DNA of 64,000 nt. Origin: Bryobacterales bacterium. GTDB taxonomy: Bacteria; Acidobacteriota; Terriglobia; Bryobacterales; UBA6623. Each line of letters opens with the position of its first letter. Within the stretch, counting starts at the first letter, position 1. Positions 21,782-32,003 of the stretch are shown in pieces. The position numbers and the translations under genes are program-made. The stretch is from NCBI GenBank assembly GCA_963422375.2, contig OY729428.2, forward strand, positions 3,424,001-3,488,000, in the 5' to 3' direction. The notes beneath the pieces were generated by a model. It ran no database searches and was not told the DNA's origin. It saw nothing but the letters and a program-made list of their open reading frames with translations.

Positions 21782-23470
21782 TCATCTGTCCCAGGATCCC
21801 CATTCCACGACGCCCACTCTGTCCGCCCATGCCTGCCACTTGGCCGACAGATCGGCCACCTTGTCGGGCAACTCCCCCGCGAGGTCGTTGAGTTCGCTGC
21901 GGTCGCTGGAGAGGTTGTACAGCTCCCAGCGGCCGCTCTCTGGCCTCGATCGCTTCGAGACCAGCTTCCAGTCCCCGAGCCGCACGGCCCGGTTCCCTTC
22001 GTGCTCCCAGTAGATCCCCTCGGGATGGCCCTCGGACGGCTCGCCCCTGAACGCCGGAGCCAGCGACTTGCCTTCCATAGGGGTGATCGCGTGGCCCTCG
22101 AACGTCTCCGGGTACGAGGTCCCGGAGACATCGACCAGTGTCGCCATGATGTCGATCAAGTGGCCGACCTGGTCCGTCCACTGGCCCTTGGCGGTGATAC
22201 CCTCGGGCCAGTGGGCGACCAGCGGCGACGAGATCCCGCCCTCGTGGACCCAGTGCTTGTAATAGCGGAACGGCGTGTTCGAGACGTTCGCCCACGGAAT
22301 CCCGTAGCTCTGGTAGTTCTCCTCCGCGCCGGGCATCACCGACGGGTCGTTGCCGACCGCCACCGGCTCGCCGGCGTAGGTATGGGTGGGGATGTGCAGC
22401 GCCTTCCACGTGTCGCGAGCCTCTTCCGCGCACCCGCCGTTGTCGGCAAGGAAGAGGATCAGGGTGTTATCGAGCTGTCCGCGCTCCTTCAGCGTGTCCA
22501 CCACCATGCCGATGGCATGGTCCATCAGCTCCACCTGAGCGGCGTACACCTCCATGCGACGGGCCTGCCACTCCTTGTCCGGCGCATCCTCCCACGGCAC
22601 CTGGGAGCTATCGCGCTGGCTCAGGCCGGCGGATTCGTCCAGCACGCCCATCTCGCGCATGCGCCGCAGGCGTTCCTCGCGGAGCTTGTCCCAGCCGCTG
22701 TCGTAGCGCCCCTTGTACTTTGCGATCGCATCCTCGGGCGCGTGCAGGGGCCAGTGCGGCGATGTGAACGGCATGTAGAGGAAGAACGGCGCGTCCGGGC
22801 TCTCGTCGAGAGCCTCGCCGACGAAGCGCGACGCGTTCTCGCCGATCGCGGTCGTGTAGTAGAAGTCGGGGCCGGGGTCCTCGGGCTCGTTGCCTCGCTT
22901 GAGCGACACGGGATCGTAGAACGAGCCCGCGCCGTGGATGGTGCCGAAGAACTTGTCGAAGCCCCGCTGGATCGGCCAGTTCTCGGTGTAGAACTTGGGG
23001 CCGTGCCCCTCCGAGGGCGTGACATGCCACTTTCCGCTCATGAGCGTGGTGTAGCCCCCGGCGCCAAGCACCTCGGCGAAGGTCACGCAGCTGCGGTTGA
23101 GGTTGCCCCGGTAGGCGGGGAGCGGCTCGCCGTCCTTGCGGTACTCCCCCATCATGTGGCCGACACCGGCCTGGTGAGGGTATAGGCCCGTCACCAGCGA
23201 GGCGCGAGTCGGGCAGCAGCGAGCGTAGTTGTAGAAGGAGCGGAAGCGCAGACCCTGCGCGGCCAGGCTGTCCAGCACCGGCGTGTCGATCTCGCCGCCG
23301 TAGCAGCCGATGTCGGAGAAGCCCATGTCATCGGCCATCGTGACGATGATGTTGGGGCGCCCCGCCCCCGAGCCTTCGCCTCCGGGACCGCACGACCACG
23401 GCAAGGCGGCAGAGGCGAGACCAATGCGCAGGAAGTCGCGACGGCTGCGCAGTGGCTGGAATTGCGGCAT
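21782..23470 (-). CDS. Arylsulfatase (Cys-type) with Tat signal
   Basis: SRRDFLR Tat motif; DDMGFSD, CCPTRASL, GKWH, HWPLHA, DNG. Confidence 0.92.
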   Translation of the reverse strand: MPQFQPLRSRRDFLRIGLASAALPWSCGPGGEGSGAGRPNIIVTMADDMGFSDIGCYGGEIDTPVLDSLAAQGLRFRSFYNYARCCPTRASLVTGLYPHQAGVGHMMGEYRKDGEPLPAYRGNLNRSCVTFAEVLGAGGYTTLMSGKWHVTPSEGHGPKFYTENWPIQRGFDKFFGTIHGAGSFYDPVSLKRGNEPEDPGPDFYYTTAIGENASRFVGEALDESPDAPFFLYMPFTSPHWPLHAPEDAIAKYKGRYDSGWDKLREERLRRMREMGVLDESAGLSQRDSSQVPWEDAPDKEWQARRMEVYAAQVELMDHAIGMVVDTLKERGQLDNTLILFLADNGGCAEEARDTWKALHIPTHTYAGEPVAVGNDPSVMPGAEENYQSYGIPWANVSNTPFRYYKHWVHEGGISSPLVAHWPEGITAKGQWTDQVGHLIDIMATLVDVSGTSYPETFEGHAITPMEGKSLAPAFRGEPSEGHPEGIYWEHEGNRAVRLGDWKLVSKRSRPESGRWELYNLSSDRSELNDLAGELPDKVADLSAKWQAWADRVGVVEWGSWDR

Positions 23471-23584
23471 CGCCCCATCATATTGCCTTGAGCGGCAGGG
23501 CCGCCCGGAGCGGGTCGACCAGCGCTTGCGAGCAGCTGCCGAAGGCAAGCTTCCCGGGAAAGCTGCGTATCCTCCGATTCGATG

Positions 23585-23954
23585 GGGAATTATATATCTG
23601 AGTGCCGACAACGCCATGGTCCGACTAGAACTGCTGTGAGCAGGGAGGTGGGTGTCGAGCTGGGGTCATGCGAGTGCGGCCGCGGCGGGCACAGAGGGGT
23701 GGGGTGTGGGATCGTATCTGAATCGAGCCTGCCAGCGGATTGGACGAGGAAGGGACTAGAGAGGCCGCCTCGCATGCCCCGGTTGCCCCGGTGAAACCCG
23801 GTTGGCGGTGGCAGGGCACCCCTTGCAAGCCGCTTGCAGGCCCTGCGAGGGCCGAAGACAGCGGATCCCCGGCGCTCGACGGCCTGCATGGACGGTCCGG
23901 GCCGGACCGGGGTCGCGCCGGGGCATTCCCTCGGCACTCAGATATATAATTCCC
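23585..23954 (-). mobile_element. 370-bp MITE derived from the adjacent IS1595 element
   Basis: Perfect 24-bp TIR GGGAATTATATATCTGAGTGCCGA; 8-bp TSD ATTCGATG (23577-23584 and 23955-23962); body is the reverse complement of IS 24333-24362 joined to 25520-25852. Confidence 0.95.
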
Positions 23955-24417
23955 ATTCGATGAGGGCGAACGGTTGAATGCCCCGAGCGGCGCTCCAGCG
24001 GGCACGCTTGCTCCCAGTCTTGCGGGACGAAGGGAGGTCCCGATGCCGATGACGTAGTTCCTGATCACGGACCAGTCGGCAATTTTGGACTGCCGGTAGC
24101 TCGAACGTCGCGACCGTCCGAGGTGCCATCGACTCCCCCTATGTCCAGCATTCGCTCCCAGCTATCGACGGCAAACCGGGAGAAACACAACGGTCACTCG
24201 CGTGCATTTTGACTTCCACGTGAGCGGCTCGGTTCTCGCAGGGCCCTCGAATTCCTCGATCACCCGGTCGCAGTCGATGGAGCCGAAGTCACTCCTGTAC
24301 ATGGCCTCGACCTAACGCATCCCCCAAGAGTAGGGAATTATATATCTGAGTGCCGAGGGAATCAAGTCGGCAAATTATCAAGCCATAATAAGATTTCATA
24401 TTTCTTCCGAATTTCCG

Positions 24418-24447
24418 TTGACATTCTGTGGTGTTTCTTGGTAGAAT
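24418..24447 (+). promoter_or_regulatory. Sigma70-type promoter for the IS1595 transposase
   Basis: TTGACA-18 nt-TAGAAT with extended -10 TG, just upstream of ATG 24471. Confidence 0.65.
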
Positions 24448-24470
24448 AGTTCCAGTAAGGGATACCGTAA

Positions 24471-25438
24471 ATGAAGAAATCAGGTCCCGGAAAGTGGTTC
24501 CGTAAAGGCATCACATTGATTGAAGTGATCGCCATGTTCCCCGATGACGAATCCGCGGAAAAGTGGTTCGCCTCCATGCGCTGGCCGGACGGTCCCGCGT
24601 GCCCCCGCTGCCGCGGCTCCAGCGTGCAGTCCGGCGCGGCCCACCCTTCGATGCCGTACCGTTGCCGCGGCTGCGGCAAGCGCTTTTCCGTGCGCACCGG
24701 CAGCGTGATGGCCGACACCAAGCTCGGCTGCCGCACCCGGGCCGTCGCCCTGTTCCTGCTGACCACCGGCATCAAGGGCGTCTCGAGCATGCAGCTGCAC
24801 CGCGACCCGGGCATCAGCCGGAAGTCGGCCTGGCACCTGGCGCACCGCATCCGCGCGTGCCGGGAGCGGGATCAGGGCCTGTTCGCCGGCCCGGTGGAGG
24901 TGGACGAGACCTACGTCGGCGGCAAGGAACGCAACAAGCACGAGAGGAAGAAGGCCCGCGCCGGGCGCGGGCCCGTCGGCAAGACCCCGGTGGCGGGGGC
25001 GCGCGACCGCGCCACGAACGCAGTGGCCGCGCGGCCGCTGCCGGGCACCGCCAAGGGCGACCTGCAGGGCTTCGTGCGCGGCCGGGTCGCGCCGGGCGCG
25101 CAGCTCCGCTCCGACGAGGCGGCGGCCTGCGCCGGCATGGCGGAGTTCCCGCACGAAGCCGTCAGGCACTCCGGCGGCGAGTACGTGCGCGGGGCAGCGC
25201 ATACGAACGGCATCGAATCGTTTGGGTCCCTGTTCGAGCGCGGCCTGTACGGAACCTATCACCGGATGAGCGTCCGTCATCTCGGCCGCTACCTCACGGA
25301 GTTCGCGGGACGGCGCAACGACCGCGACTGCGACACGGCGGAACAACGGAGGAACAGATGCGGCGCATGGCGCGGGGCTTGGTCGGCCGGACGCTGACCT
25401 GCCGGCAGCTGACCGGCAAGGCCGCGGTCGCGGCCTGA
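24471..25438 (+). pseudogene. IS1595-family transposase, 3' frameshifted
   Basis: Zn ribbon CPRC/CRGC, VEVDETY, SDE, HTNGIES; 11-bp tandem duplication ACGG(C/A)GGAACA at 25335-25356 shifts off the native tail QMRRMARGLVGRTLTCRQL (stop 25438). Confidence 0.88.
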
Positions 25439-26014
25439 GCGGCGCCCGCCGCGCCGAGCGCGGCAGCCCGCTGCGGGCGCGCGCTTCACGCTCGGTACGA
25501 GGGGCGCACCGGATCCGGCATGCCCCGGCGCGACCCCGGTCCGGTCCGGACCGTCCATGCAGGCCGTCGAGCGCCGGGGATCCGCTGTCTTCGGCCCTCG
25601 CAGGGCCTGCAAGCGGCTTGCAAGGGGTGCCCTGCCACCGCCAACCGGGTTCCACCGGGGCATGCGAGGCGGCCTCTCTAGTCCCTTCCTCGTCCAATCC
25701 GCTGGCAGGCTCGATTCAGATACGATCCCACACCCCACCCCTCTGTGCCCGCCGCGGCCGCACTCGCATGACCCCAGCTCGACACCCACCTCCCTGCTCA
25801 CAGCAGTTCTAGTCGGACCATGGCGTTGTCGGCACTCAGATATATAATTCCCCAAGAGTAGGGGTCGGTCTCGTAAAGGCGCTTGCTGTCTGCCGACTTC
25901 TCGACCGCCACTGGCCTGCCGGTGTACCGCCTATATTGCAATTTTACGCAACGTCATTGAGCCGAATGTGGAACAGCTAGGCTAACTGGCGAATGGACAG
26001 GGAATGAGAGTCTC

Positions 26015-26371
26015 CTAGCCTGAATTCCCAACGCCGAATATTAGAGTTGAATTGATGTGCGGAGTGAGCTGGTTCCTCATCCGAGGTGGAGGCTGAGCGG
26101 GCGGCTCTCAAACCAAGGAACGGTCACGGCCTCGTTCTCGACGCCGGCGGCCCGCAGGACGGGGTCGTGCGCTCCCCGCCCGAGCGGCACGAAGCTCGCC
26201 CGCGTGCATCTCAGGCCGAGACGCAAGGAGCAAGCCCGACGCCTCGTTCCGGAGGTTCGCGAGCGCAAGTCCGAGCTGTCCGAAGCCGAGCGCAAGCCGA
26301 GGCCCGGCGTTGTCCGAGGGTCTGCCCCGCCGAGCACCGCGCCCGCCTTCCTGGCGCGGATCCCGCGCTAG
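26015..26371 (-). mobile_element. Second remnant of the CTAG-bounded IS family
   Basis: CTAGCCTGAATTCCCAACG at 26015 is the exact reverse complement of 2440-2458; minus-strand LGRGAHDPVLRAAGVENEAVTVPWFESRPLSLHLG* resembles the fragment at ~1735-1922; right boundary (CTAG 26368-26371) tentative. Confidence 0.65.
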
Positions 26372-26637
26372 CAAGCCGCTCGACCGGTGGCTCCAAGCAA
26401 CGCTTGCGTCGGCCGAGCCACGTCGGCGACGCGCTTCGTCGCGTCTGACTTGACGCCGCCCTTGGAGTCTGACATCATGGCCGCCGCACAGGCATGCGCC
26501 GGTTAGTTTGCCCCGGCAAGGCAGGGCCTAAGTTGCCAGACGCAGCGACGGCCCCGTTCCGAGGGACCGGGAACTCTTCCGGGCCGTCAAGAGACTCCCT
26601 CAGTGCAGCAGTCGGCAAGCCTCGCCAAGGAGCATCA

Positions 26638-27042
26638 ATGGAACTCATGGGAATCAATCTCGTAGCGGTGATCGTGGCGACCGTCGCGGCGTTCGCATTC
26701 GGGGCGGCGTACTACACCCTTCTCGGCAAGCAGTGGCTGGACGCGGTCGGACTCACCGAGGAAGACGCCCAGCAACGTTCGGCGACGCCTTTCGTCGTCT
26801 CGGCCGTCGGCCTCTTGGTGATGGCGTGCGTGCTGGCGGGGCACTTTGCCGATCACCTGCCGGAAACTATAACCGCCTGGCACGCCGTCGAGTCGGCCGT
26901 CGTACTCTGGCTCGGCCTCATCGTGACCACGACGGCAACCAACAACATATTCCGAGGAGGCAAGATTAAGCTCACCGTGCTGGATTCCGGTCACTGGCTG
27001 GGAGTGCTAGTGATCGAGAGCCTAGTAATCAGCGCGTTCTGA
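26638..27042 (+). CDS. DUF1761 family membrane protein
   Basis: INLVAVIVATVAAFAFGAAYY..LGKQW, IDS/LDSGHWL-type C-terminus, four TM segments; AAGGAG RBS. Confidence 0.85.
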   Translation: MELMGINLVAVIVATVAAFAFGAAYYTLLGKQWLDAVGLTEEDAQQRSATPFVVSAVGLLVMACVLAGHFADHLPETITAWHAVESAVVLWLGLIVTTTATNNIFRGGKIKLTVLDSGHWLGVLVIESLVISAF

Positions 27043-27535
27043 CGAACGGGTCTGACTCAGACCGCGGTGTGCGGGGCAGCATCCCGGGGCCCCGCAGGCC
27101 ACGGTGCCGATTGCGTCGACCGAGCTGACTGGCGTCGGCGACGCCAGTCCAAGGGCGGGGCTCGCGCCAGCCGATCACGGAGCAGCCTCTTTCCGCTGCA
27201 TGCATCAGGATTGCGGGTGAATTGCAGGTCGAGCTCGACTGCCCGAAGGCGCGTTCAAGGCACCAGCACCTCAACTCTCGCAGGCACCGGAACAGGGGAC
27301 GCCCTCGCGTACGGACCGACCGAAACGAGGCCATCCCCCCTTCGTTGAGTGGCCGGGGCGCGGGGGCCGACCGGTCGTCCAAGCAGAATGAGGAGGACGG
27401 CATACGAGAGATGACGGATGGCACTGGCTAGGCGCACTTCAAGATCCGCCCATCGGTGTCACGCTTATCAAGTGACCGAGGGTGGACAATAGCGTCTCCG
27501 TAGTGTACACCTATACTTTGGTCTAGGAGAGGTGT

Positions 27536-28048
27536 TTGCCGGGATTCGGACGCAAACGGCTTGGCTTGTTTTCGGTGGCCATCGCGGTCCTAGCACTTGG
27601 CGCGTCGATTTGCACGGGCCAAGGTGCGCGAGACCCGCGAGCTTCAGTCTCGATCGCGACCGACCCGATCGGCAGGAGCTTCGAGGAGATCATTGGCCAG
27701 CTCGAAGGATATTCGATCATGCAAACGAAACTAGGTTCGGATGGATTTGTTCAAGTGGCGTTGCACAAGGAGTCGATTGAGCCCAGACTAGGTATCTTCT
27801 GAGACGTCGATTGGAAGCGAATACATGACATCACCTTGCGGATCTTTCGAGTGTGTCATAATAGCAGAGATCACTATGTAGTTGTTGATATTGATCAGAC
27901 TTGCAAATTGAAGTCACCACTCGGAAGGTGGAGAGTCACCGATTTAGGAATCTATGATGTTAGTAGGATTCTCGCAAACGGTGATGTGATTTATGCGCCT
28001 TTATCTGATAACAGTTCCGAAGAAGAACGGGATGATGGATCAAGCTGA
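27536..28048 (+). pseudogene. Low-GC exported hypothetical protein with internal TGA (27800-27802)
   Basis: AGGAGAGG RBS; signal-like KRLGLFSVAIAVLALGASIC; ORFs 27536-27802 and 27836-28048 are in one frame separated by a single stop. Confidence 0.55.
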
Positions 28049-28455
28049 TACAGGAGTGATCAGACTTGATTGGCGTGGTGGACTTCGTCGTTCTCCTTGG
28101 CATGCTCATTGATGGCCGTAACTTTCGGACTTCGGCAATGACTCCCCTGAAACCGTCAGCGGATCGCGTAATGCAACGTGGGCCCGAAGTCATTTCCCAG
28201 CAGAACAATTGTCGCTGCCGACCCGGAACCCCCGGCGAGTTGCAAGCCCATTCGCGAGTGCCGGGACCGAGCGGTCCGATCTCGATCTCCTCGGGAGCAC
28301 CGCTCTCGCGAGCGGTGGACTCCAGGGGCGGCCCGAGCGGCAGAGCCGGGGCGAAGCGCGGAATTGCGCCGCTCGGCCCTCGAGTGCTAGGCTAGTCGCT
28401 CGGTGGATCCCGCCCGCGCCGGGTACTCCGCTGCCTGCTTGGCCGGATTCCGACC

Positions 28456-29484
28456 ATGAGAGCGATCCGTCTCGAGCGACCGCGCCTTCTGGAATACGTC
28501 GAGGTCGACTCGCCGGGTCGCCCTGGCCGCGGGCAGGCGCTCGTCCGGACCCATCGGATGGGAATCTGCGGAACGGACTACAGCGGATACCTCGGGAAGA
28601 TGCCCTTCTTCCGTTATCCGCGCGTCCCGGGGCACGAGCTGGGCGTGACGGTCCTCGAAACCGGCCCCGGGGTCACCAACGTCGAGCCCGGCGACCGGTG
28701 CAGCGTCGAGCCCTACATGAATTGCGGGACCTGCTTCGCCTGCCGCAAGGGCAACTCAAACTGCTGCGAGACGCTGAACGTGATCGGCGTGATGATCGAC
28801 GGGGGTCTCTGCGACCGGTTCCTGATCCGCGCCGACAAGCTCCACGTTTCGAGGAAGCTATCATTCGAGCAGCTCGCCCTCGTCGAGACCCTCGCCATCG
28901 GGTGCCACGCCACGGACCGGGGCGCGCCCGGCGAATTCGACAGTGTGCTCATCATCGGCGCCGGCCCGATCGGGCTCGCGACACTGGAATTCACGCGTCT
29001 CACCGGAGCCAGCGTCACAGTCATGGACCGGATCGAATCGCGCCTCGACTTCTGCCGCCGCCGGTACGGCGTCGAGCACACGGTGGTCTTCGAAAGCGTC
29101 GACAGCGCGGTCGAGCAGATGCGGGCGATTACCGGCGGAGACATGTACTCGGTGGTCACCGACGCCACGGGAAGCCCCGCCTCGATGAGCGCGGCCCTCG
29201 CCTACGTGGCGCATACGGGCACGCTGGTATTCGTGGGAATCACCACCGACGAAGTCGTGTTCCCGCACCCTGCGCTCCATCGGCCGGAAATGACGATCAA
29301 GGGCTCGCGCAACGCCCTTCCCCGCGATTTCGGTCGCATTATCGGACTAATCGAGGACGGCACGATCGACACCGATCCGTGGATCACGCACCGCACGCCC
29401 TTCGAGGAGGTCGTGGGCCGGTTCGAGAGCTTCACCCGGCCCGAGGCGGGCGTCATCAAGGCCATGATCGAGGTCGCCGGCTAA
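28456..29484 (+). CDS. Zn-dependent MDR sugar-acid/polyol dehydrogenase (YjjN/LgoD-like)
   Basis: GICGTD, PGHE, CGTCFACRKGNSNCC, GAGPIG, GSRNA. Confidence 0.88.
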   Translation: MRAIRLERPRLLEYVEVDSPGRPGRGQALVRTHRMGICGTDYSGYLGKMPFFRYPRVPGHELGVTVLETGPGVTNVEPGDRCSVEPYMNCGTCFACRKGNSNCCETLNVIGVMIDGGLCDRFLIRADKLHVSRKLSFEQLALVETLAIGCHATDRGAPGEFDSVLIIGAGPIGLATLEFTRLTGASVTVMDRIESRLDFCRRRYGVEHTVVFESVDSAVEQMRAITGGDMYSVVTDATGSPASMSAALAYVAHTGTLVFVGITTDEVVFPHPALHRPEMTIKGSRNALPRDFGRIIGLIEDGTIDTDPWITHRTPFEEVVGRFESFTRPEAGVIKAMIEVAG

Positions 29485-29486
29485 CG

Positions 29487-30308
29487 ATGGTCCAGTCGGC
29501 AGTCACCGTTTGCCTCGTTCCCGAAGCGCGACGGGGGCCGTTCGTGTTTCACGGGGACTTGCCGGGATCCTGCGCGGCGGCCCGCGAGCTGGGCTTCGAC
29601 GGGATCGAGATCTTCGCTCCGTCCGGCAGCTACGTCGCCCCGGGAGAACTGAAGGGCCTGCTCGCGGAGCACGGACTGCGGCTTGCAGCCGTCGGCACCG
29701 GAGCGGGCATGATCCTCCACGGTCTCAGCCTCAGCGACAGCGACAGCACCGGCCGCGAGCGCGCCTGCGCCTACGTGCGGGAGATGATCGCCTTCGGCGC
29801 TCCGTTCGGCGCGCCCGCGATCATCGGCTCGATGCAGGGCCGGACCGGTGCAGGCCAGACACCGGACTCGGCGCTACTTGCCCTTGAGCGGTCCCTGCGC
29901 GAGCTGGCGGCCTACGCGGCGGAGCGCGACCAAATGCTGCTGTTCGAGCCTCTCAACCGCTACGAAACGGACTTGATCAACACCGTGGCGCACGGAGCGG
30001 ACCTGCGCCGCGCCGTGGAGGCGAGCAACCTGAGGATACTGGCGGACCTGTTCCACATGAACATCGAGGAGGCCAGCATCGAGGAATCCGTCCTTGCGGG
30101 CAGCGCGGATATCGGCCACATTCATTTCGCGGACTCGAACCGGCGGGCCGTAGGCTTCGGGCACACCCGCATGGATCCGGTAGCGCGCGCGCTGGCCGAA
30201 ACTGGGTTCAGCGGATTCGCATCGGCCGAGGTCTTCCCCTTCCCCGATTCCCGGGGTGCGGCGGAGAGAACTGCAACCTCCTTCCGCAAGTTCTTCCGCA
30301 AGCACTGA
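29487..30308 (+). CDS. Sugar phosphate isomerase/epimerase (TIM barrel, IolO-like)
   Basis: GFDGIE, EPLNRYE, DLFHMNIEE, HIHFADSNR, GFGH, SAE. Confidence 0.88.
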   Translation: MVQSAVTVCLVPEARRGPFVFHGDLPGSCAAARELGFDGIEIFAPSGSYVAPGELKGLLAEHGLRLAAVGTGAGMILHGLSLSDSDSTGRERACAYVREMIAFGAPFGAPAIIGSMQGRTGAGQTPDSALLALERSLRELAAYAAERDQMLLFEPLNRYETDLINTVAHGADLRRAVEASNLRILADLFHMNIEEASIEESVLAGSADIGHIHFADSNRRAVGFGHTRMDPVARALAETGFSGFASAEVFPFPDSRGAAERTATSFRKFFRKH

Positions 30309-30374
30309 ACGGAGACCGCGACGCGTCGGAGGCGCGGAATTCGCGGTGAAGGAGCGCTCCGTTCCTCCCTGGAC

Positions 30375-32003
30375 CTAGCGACGCCCTCCGGCCTCGCGGG
30401 TGAAGCGTTCCCTCCAGCGCTCCCACAGGCTAGCGAGATCCCGAACCACGTCGGGGCGCTCGCCCGCCACGTCGCGTTGCTCCGCCCGGTCGGCCGACAG
30501 GTCGTACAGCGCCCACTCGCCCGGCCTGGCATCCTCCTCGTCGGCCACCTCCGACCAGCCGTCGTCCCTCGTGCGCACCGTGTGAACGATCTTCCAATCA
30601 CCTTTGCGCAGGGCGCGGTTCCCTTGGTGGTAGAACCACAGAGCCTCGTGCAGGCCGCCCGGATCCCTCTCGAATGCGCCGGCAAGGCTCCTGCCCGCGA
30701 ACGGCGGCGCTCCGGCGTCGGGCTCGCTGCCGAGCCCTGCAAGCTCAAGGAGCGTCGGCGCGATATCGATCACGTGCCCGGGAACCGACCGCAACTCGTT
30801 CCGCGCCTCGAATCCCGAGGGCCAATGGACGATCAGGGGCGTCGCGATGCCCCCCTCGTGAACCCATGACTTGTGCAGCCGGAACGGTGTGTTGGCGGCG
30901 CTCGAGAAGCCGGGACCCAGGCAGAGGTACGTGCCAGCCGACCCCAGCGGAGCGTCCGGATCGTGGCCGTCCCCGCGTACCATGATTTCCGCGCTCGCGC
31001 CGTTGTCCGAAAGGAAGAACACCACGGTGTTGTCGAACTGCCCCATGGTGCGGATCTGGTCGAGCACGCGCCCGATCTCGATGTCCATCCGATGAATCAT
31101 GGCGGCATGAATCGCCATCTTCGCCGCTTGGAACCGGCGCTGCTCCTCGCTCAGGCTGCGCCACGGGACGGGGCGGTTCACTTCCCCCGGCCCGAGCAGA
31201 GTGATCGCCTCGGGAAACGCGTACGGCGGGCCGAACCCCTCGTCGAGCCGGGACAACTCGGAATGGCCGATGCCGAGGTCGCGCTGCCGGCCATGACGCT
31301 CGAGCCGCAGCCGGTCCCAGCCCGGGAGATAGCGTCCGCGGTAGGGGGCGATGTCCTCCGGCAGCGCGTGCAGCGGGAAGTGCGGGGCGTGGAACGCCGC
31401 GTACTGGAAGAACGGCCGTTCCGGGTGCTCGGAAGCATGCTCCCTGAGGCACTCGACCGCGTGGTCGGCCGTCACCTTGGTCTGATACCGGCCGCGGTCG
31501 GCTGGCACCTCGGGCTGCCGGACGCCATCCCGGTCATGGCCCTTCAAGTGGAAGAACCCCGCAGGGTTGCCCGCCCGGTACGAATGGTCGAAGCCATTGT
31601 CCAGCGGGTCGCCGTCCACGTGCCACTTGCCCGAGTGGTACGAGCGGTACCCGGCGGCACGCAGCCGGTCGGAGACCAGCCTCGCCCATTGAGGGCGCAC
31701 ACCCCTGCCGCCGAACCGGCGGCGGTCAGCGCCGGGCAGCTCGTCTCGGCGAACCTGCTGCGCGTAATACCCGGTGAGCAGGGAAGCCCGCGTGGGCCAG
31801 CAGCGTGACGTGTTGTAGAACTGCGTGAAGCGCAGGCCGCCCGCTGCTAGGGCGTCCAGATTCGGCGTGGCGATCTCGCCGCCGTAGCACCCGGCATCGG
31901 CGTAGCCCATGTCGTCGGCCACGATGACGAGGAAGTTCGGCGGGCCGACCGCCGCGACCGCCGGCAGGCCAAGCGCAAGAGCTAGGACGATTGCACGGTT
32001 CAT
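30375..32003 (-). CDS. Arylsulfatase (Cys-type), Sec signal
   Basis: ADDMGYAD, RCWPTRASLLTG, GKWH, HFPLHA, SDNGA. Confidence 0.92.
   Translation of the reverse strand: MNRAIVLALALGLPAVAAVGPPNFLVIVADDMGYADAGCYGGEIATPNLDALAAGGLRFTQFYNTSRCWPTRASLLTGYYAQQVRRDELPGADRRRFGGRGVRPQWARLVSDRLRAAGYRSYHSGKWHVDGDPLDNGFDHSYRAGNPAGFFHLKGHDRDGVRQPEVPADRGRYQTKVTADHAVECLREHASEHPERPFFQYAAFHAPHFPLHALPEDIAPYRGRYLPGWDRLRLERHGRQRDLGIGHSELSRLDEGFGPPYAFPEAITLLGPGEVNRPVPWRSLSEEQRRFQAAKMAIHAAMIHRMDIEIGRVLDQIRTMGQFDNTVVFFLSDNGASAEIMVRGDGHDPDAPLGSAGTYLCLGPGFSSAANTPFRLHKSWVHEGGIATPLIVHWPSGFEARNELRSVPGHVIDIAPTLLELAGLGSEPDAGAPPFAGRSLAGAFERDPGGLHEALWFYHQGNRALRKGDWKIVHTVRTRDDGWSEVADEEDARPGEWALYDLSADRAEQRDVAGERPDVVRDLASLWERWRERFTREAGGRR

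Larger units (their letters stand above)
24333..25852 (+). mobile_element. IS1595-family insertion sequence (1520 bp)
   Basis: 24-bp TIR identical to the MITE; 8-bp TSD CAAGAGTA (24325-24332 and 25853-25860); transposase inside. Confidence 0.95.
24162..25911 (-). pseudogene. DUF29-family gene interrupted by the IS1595 element
   Basis: Removing the IS and one TSD gives VAVEKSADSKRLYETDPYSWGMR*VEAMYRSDFGSIDCDRVIEEFEG, matching the LYE.D...W...Q......D......IEE pattern of DUF29. Confidence 0.7.

Noticed and set aside
27127..27150. 10-bp hairpin GACTGGCGTC-ggc-GACGCCAGTC after the DUF1761 gene
   Set aside because: No U-tract and no second copy seen, so neither terminator nor REP can be supported
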